From Phoronis australis (taxonomy: Eukaryota; Animalia; Phoronida), in contig NMRA01000191.1 in NCBI GenBank assembly GCA_002633005.1, forward strand, positions 1 to 64,000: a stretch of DNA of 64,000 nucleotides, written 5' to 3'. Under the pieces are notes generated by a model. It ran no database searches, was not told the DNA's origin, and was given only the letters and a program-made list of their open reading frames with translations. The first letter of the stretch is position 1. The number at the start of each line of letters is the position of its first letter. The translations under genes and the position numbers were made by a program. Positions 40,201 through 64,000 of this stretch are shown piece after piece.

Positions 40201-40835
40201 TTAGTGTCAGGATCAAAAGGATTGGTAAACTTGAAACAATGGCGCAGTGACACTCGTCTTACATTCATAAGAGACTCGTGGTATCAAAGGTGGTACACCT
40301 GGTAATAAACAAGACGATTGAGCACACTTTATGGTGAATGCAAACCTGTTAGTGTGACATATTAAAACTGTTTTTCCTTTTCAGACTTAACAACCTCAAT
40401 ACCTATGATATTGAGCTGTAGACAAATTTCAATCTTCTGGGCAAAGACCCGGGCAGCCTTCCGTAAAACACCAATACATTAGCTTCCACTTGTGGTGAAA
40501 AGTTTCTGTCTACAGAACGGAAACAATGGATTCATTCCCACAAGTCAATATTCCAACCTCACCGAACAATCACTTCATCAGTTAAAATAAAATATTTATG
40601 AAAACATCTAATCACTTCAGGGCTCACAATTTCGTTTGGATAGGGTAGCAAGCCCCCAAGCATACTTGCAAAATGCTTTTTGCTTTTGTCAGCAAAATTT
40701 TATTTTTCTTACAAAAATGATCTACAGAACGAAGCATGCGATCTTTGAGAAAACTGGCCCAGGCAGATGAAATCAAACCATCCAGTTTCTAAGGTAGCTT
40801 TCTCAATGAGAGGAATGTTCAAAATCAATTCTTTT

Positions 40836-59373
<18,538 letters not shown>

Positions 59374-60015
59374 AGTTCACACGATCGCTGGTTTTGGTCG
59401 CCGTGATTCCTGAACAAATTGATTTCGCGGGAAATCCTCGTGTATGATTGAAGTCTCTAAGTCCCGTTAGATGGCGCTGTCCTGGCTTAAGCAAAGAGTG
59501 TAGTAAAGCTGCTACACTGCAGCCAGGTTCGTCCTAAAATTAATTAAAAACCACTCCAGATACTCCTCTGTTACGTGTATGCTTACCACTCTCAAATGGC
59601 CCATTTTTCAAGAAAGACGTGCTTAAAATAAACTGTCCCTTTTGTACAAGACCGTACACAACCTGGTTGCCATTCCCCACACCTTCCACCCCTACGGCTA
59701 CGTATTTTATAGAACAAGCCCTAATTCACGCTCTCGTTCTTTTGAGAGAACATACATTCGCACTTCCCATCTACTATTTTACTCTGTAATAGACTCCCAC
59801 AACATGCCATCTCATCAGAAACGATAGAGATGTTCACGAGTCACATCTTGAACATCAACCTTACTCAGTAAACAAATAAAACTTGTCACGGTTTTTATCC
59901 TGGCACTAACCCGCACTTTGTTTTGTTGTTATTTTCAGTTATGCACAGTTCAGTTTATCACTAACGTGCGTCAACATATAAGGATCGGTATTTCGATCGT
60001 TTGTTGAAACCTGAA

Positions 60016-60096
60016 CAAGAAGAAGGAGAAGAAGAAGGAGAAGAAGAAGAAGAATAAGAAAAAGAAGAAGAAGTAGAAGAAGACTGAGAAGAGAAG
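60016..60096. repeat. Degenerate (GAA/GGA)n purine-rich microsatellite
   Basis: Direct reading. Confidence 0.85.
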
Positions 60097-60156
60097 TAAA
60101 TAGAACGCTTATCCCCAGTAGCACCGGTATCGTTGGCCAAATGGGTGAACGTTACG

Positions 60157-60400
60157 CACGTAATTTGTTCTTGTTAGTGGCGTAAATCATGAACAGCGTA
60201 AATTAATTTTTAAAACGTAAAGTAATTATTTGCGGGCTTGCAGTGAAAAGTAAAACTTTGAACGGCGTAAAGTAATTATTTACGGGCGTAATTTACGGAT
60301 GTAAATTAACTATTTACGTGCGTAAATTAGGCAAGTAAATCAACTTTAATTTACGCCGCAATTAATTGGTTTTATGTCGCTAATAAGAATTATTTACGCA
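60157..60400. mobile_element. Fold-back MITE-like element built from CGTAAA/TTTACG motifs
   Basis: Imperfect terminal inverted repeats (cacgtaatttgttcttgttagtggcgtaaa vs tttatgtcgctaataagaattatttacgca) with many internal cgtaaa/tttacg copies in both orientations. Confidence 0.5.
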
Positions 60401-61320
60401 CGTTTGGATAAAAATCTCTGTCGGATGTCTGCACTCATAGGGTATTCCAGCACAAAATCAGTTATTTTTTATCTTTGTCCTATTACAATCAAATAGCGTA
60501 ATACCACTGGCACCATCAGATGTTACATAGGGTAGTAATTCTAGCCCTGGAATGCCAACTTCGATCTCGCGCTGCTGAGGTTACGCCGCGTTGATTTTTT
60601 TTTGCATTCCGGTTTTGCCGGGTATTTGCTATGGAATTTAATGTAACTAAAACTTTTCGCAACTCCGCCGTTTTTTTACAGTGAACTATGGAAAATAACA
60701 ATATTCATAAAATAGACGATGTTATTTTGAACACCTGTTGCATAGTTGTCACGCCGACATTCAAAAATAAAAAAGGAACAACTGGATTGAAAAGTGGGAT
60801 ATACAGATAAAAAGCGGGACATCTGGGTCTAAGAGGAAATGTTCGCCGCAACACACATAAACCCCAAAACAGCGTTTTTTGTCAAGCAGAGAGACTAACA
60901 CCCAAAAGTGCCTTACAGCGTTTTTTTTTTGTCGAATGGGAAATTGCGGGTGCCTCAAAAACTCATGAAATATCCGTCTTTTTTCTATCTAAAACAGGAC
61001 TTAAAGATATTTATCGAAAAATAAAAGTTTCACAAAATGAAAACGAAACGTCAATTTAGAAAACAGTAATAGCGTTTAAGTTTGATATTTCACCTTGAAA
61101 CTATAGAACAAAACAACTTTGGTTGTGCCATTGACACCGTTGTTTTGTAACGAATGTACTTTTTGCTTGATACTACTAAAAGCATGGTCACATTACCCAA
61201 TTATACTAGGTTTGTGTTAGTCAAAAAAAGAAATTCTACATACTTTTTACTTTCAGGAAATATTTATTCTAATTTACCGAGTTAAATCCACTTGTTTTGA
61301 AGACTTGATGATAAGGTCCC

Positions 61321-61338
61321 ACAACAACAACAACAAAC

Positions 61339-61395
<57 letters not shown>
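61321..61395. repeat. (CAA)n microsatellite running into an assembly gap
   Basis: Direct reading. Confidence 0.92.
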
Positions 61396-61689
61396 NNNNN
61401 NNNNNNNNNNNNNNNNNNNNNNNNNNNNNNNNNNNNNNNNNNNNNNNNNNNNNNNNNNNNNNNNNNNNNNNNNNNNNNNNNNNNNNNNNNNNNNNNNNNN
61501 NNNNNNNNNNNNNNNNNNNNNNNNNNNNNNNNNNNNNNNNNNNNNNNNNNNNNNNNNNNNNNNNNNNNNNNNNNNNNNNNNNNNNNNNNNNNNNNNNNNN
61601 NNNNNNNNNNNNNNNNNNNNNNNNNNNNNNNNNNNNNNNNNNNNNNNNNNNNNNNNNNNNNNNNNNNNNNNNNNNNNNNNNNNNNNNNN
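61396..61689. other. Assembly gap (N run)
   Basis: Run of N. Smaller gaps occur at 8665-8696, 11278-11279, 12925, 51273, 63053 and 63799. Confidence 0.99.
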
Positions 61690-64000
61690 CCCCCCCCCCC
61701 CCCTTAAATCATCCACTGAGTCATCTTTTCAGTCGTATTGTTGGCTGTGACCGCATTGCTGGTCCTGAATTAAAACTATAAATTGCGAAATTATAAACCT
61801 CTTTCATGAGGATGTTCTGAAAATTTTGTACATTCTTAAAAATATTTAGTTTAGGTCCTTATACGTCTGAACAGGTGATATGGAACAACTGTGCCATCCA
61901 GTATGAACCTCCGTGACTACCGATAAAAAGGAAGGTTCTTCCGGTGATAATGACAAACAAAAAATGAAGGATGGAAGAGAAATGGGAAGAACGAGGTTGT
62001 GAAAGTGGTGCTCTTGTTTGATTTATTATCATGCAAACAATAAGCAGCAAACAATAAGTGAGGGCTGATCCGGCCATACATTTTCTGGAGCTGAATCCAT
62101 TATACTCATGCAATTTCGTTTTCCAAATCCTCTTGCGTTCGTACATTTTAGTATTATACTGTGACGGCTTAGGGAATGAATTTTAGCGGTCGCGCGCCTG
62201 TACTGTAGCTGTGCACTTGTACCATACGAGTATATATCTTTTTATGATAGCGGTACAATATCGATAGTTATACCGATAGCAAAACTATTTAAAATCTTAT
62301 CGGTACTTAGGAGGCAAATTCGGCTATTTACATTAAGAATGCTCAAGAAACTGAAGGTTGAATAGACATCGTAATTGTAATTCGTAGAATTTAGTCCGTA
62401 TTGAAAACTTTAGAGCGTCTCGACGTTCATCGATGAGAGGCACTACATGTAGATCGATGTTTTTTTATGAAATAAGGATTTTCACACTTATTCGCGTGAA
62501 AATTGAAAACACTTAAACGCATCATTTGGGTCCGACCTTCACGTCTGAAAATTCGCCATTCCCTGATCTTGGCCCGTCCTCCCCATTCCCAAGTTCTATC
62601 ATCATAGACGTTGGACGACCACTAAGCCTGCAAAATATGTCGTTGTTCTTAGATTTTTATGTTTATCTAAGCTTTCCACTTGTACTTTGATTCATGTCAA
62701 AGTTTCCAAGTTTGTCTTGTACATTTTGTTTTTTTCTTGTAATCTTGATTTCTTTGCACTTTGGTAAATTAAATAACCTTTAAAAAAAGTACTCGGAAAC
62801 ATAGGCATGCCCAATGAACTTCTGCCGGCAAAACAGTAGACACGGAATCCTTAAAAATTGAATTCCAATTATAAATAGCTAAGAGGTCGAGATATGTTTC
62901 TCACGCGCCTCCTAAAAGTAATACACCAGAGGGGTCAAATAGTCGCTTAAAATTGTAATTTATTCTTAGCTGGCTAAAAACGACATGACCCCTGGGACAG
63001 GATCAAAAATAAAAATTTTAAAAAAGTGGCCAGGAAAACGAATTCAGCTACANCCCCCACCCCTTTTAGTTACTGAAAACGTAAATCTGCCACTATCGAA
63101 TTAAGCCTTTTACTCAAAGTCGGTCTCATCCGGGTTTCACAAAAGAATATGAAAACATGCAGCAGCGGGCATCAGCGACTCGACAAAGCGCTTCATCGAG
63201 TTTAAAAACTTGCGGATTTGAAAACGGACCATGTATACATCAATGCCTGTGATTTGAGTTGGAAACGGAAGAAATACTGAGACCATGCGGATTTTATGAA
63301 AGTTAGATGATTTTCCGAACGGTTTGCTGGTAGGTAGTTGGGGAGACGCAGTTTTCATAAAGTCAGTGGCATACCCATTTTTCGTGAAAACGATGACCTG
63401 AAAATATGATACCAGACAAGTGAAAATTTCTACAGATTCACTGGTGGCAATCTCCAGGTCTCTGGTGGGTTATTTTGCACACTCATTGAGGGGAGGGGGG
63501 CCAGCGTGACTGAAACCAAATTTCCGATCGTTGACCAAACTATTCAAAAGTCAGGAGAGGCAAATTTCACCAATGTCGGTCAAAAAATATTTACCAAAAT
63601 TGAAATATTTTCATTTTCCAACATAGTTTAGTGTGCAGTGCCGGAATGTAACTGAGGCAAACGCGACCAGCTCTCTCCGCAACTTTTTTACATTCATGTC
63701 GTGGTGTAAGCCGGTCTGCCGGACGGTATTAAATTACCCGATTACCCGCAGGATAAAACTGAACTGAGACATGCGTGCACCCAGGGGGGGGGGGGGGCNA
63801 GCCCCCCCCCCCATTTGGCGAAGTGGGCAAAAAGATCCGCCTCAAAGACACAAAAAGTCCGAGAAAACGAGACGAACAGTCTACTAAAAAGGCGCAAACG
63901 CAGAATTCAAATTCACAGCACGTACAGCTCCGATCGTGGTACTGTTTTCTTTTTTTTTATTTAGTCGACTGACTACTTTGGTAGTAAAAGGTCCACATCG

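Noticed and set aside
59464-59479. CTCF/YY1-like motif (ccgttagatggcgctg) upstream of SUZ12
   Set aside because: It is a single imperfect match and cannot be supported without binding or conservation data.
59939-60124. Poly-Leu ORF resembling a signal peptide or TM segment (similar case at 20287-20628)
   Set aside because: It is a translation of a simple repeat.
61282-61781. Poly-Cys / poly-Asn ORFs
   Set aside because: They are translations of a (CAA)n microsatellite plus an N gap.

Overview
This is AT-rich, intron-rich eukaryotic DNA from a draft animal assembly. N gaps, abundant MITEs and the protein sequences suggest a non-vertebrate metazoan, but the taxon cannot be fixed from this window. 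Most ORFs in the supplied track are spurious or are single exons read into introns. Splicing by hand gives four complete genes. SUZ12 is on the minus strand (15 exons, ~614 aa, 59373->40836). METTL22 is on the plus strand (8 exons, ~315 aa, 29928->37213, with one GC-AG intron). The other two are tandem minus-strand paralogs (13695->5583 and 29743->24443) that no single ORF reveals. They encode ~180-190 aa single-pass receptors with no signal peptide, one BCMA/TACI/BAFF-R-style cysteine-rich domain and cytoplasmic TRAF-binding motifs (PIQEE, AVQES). Each candidate first exon of these receptors has the same perfect kappaB 10-mer (GGGATTTCCC) just upstream, and receptor B shares a 184-bp bidirectional promoter with METTL22. 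This putative TNFRSF13/17-like NF-kB module is the most interesting content. The rest is MITEs, a Helentron-associated element, a LINE 3' fragment, microsatellites and a ~2.15-kb tandem duplication inside SUZ12 that is probably an assembly artefact.
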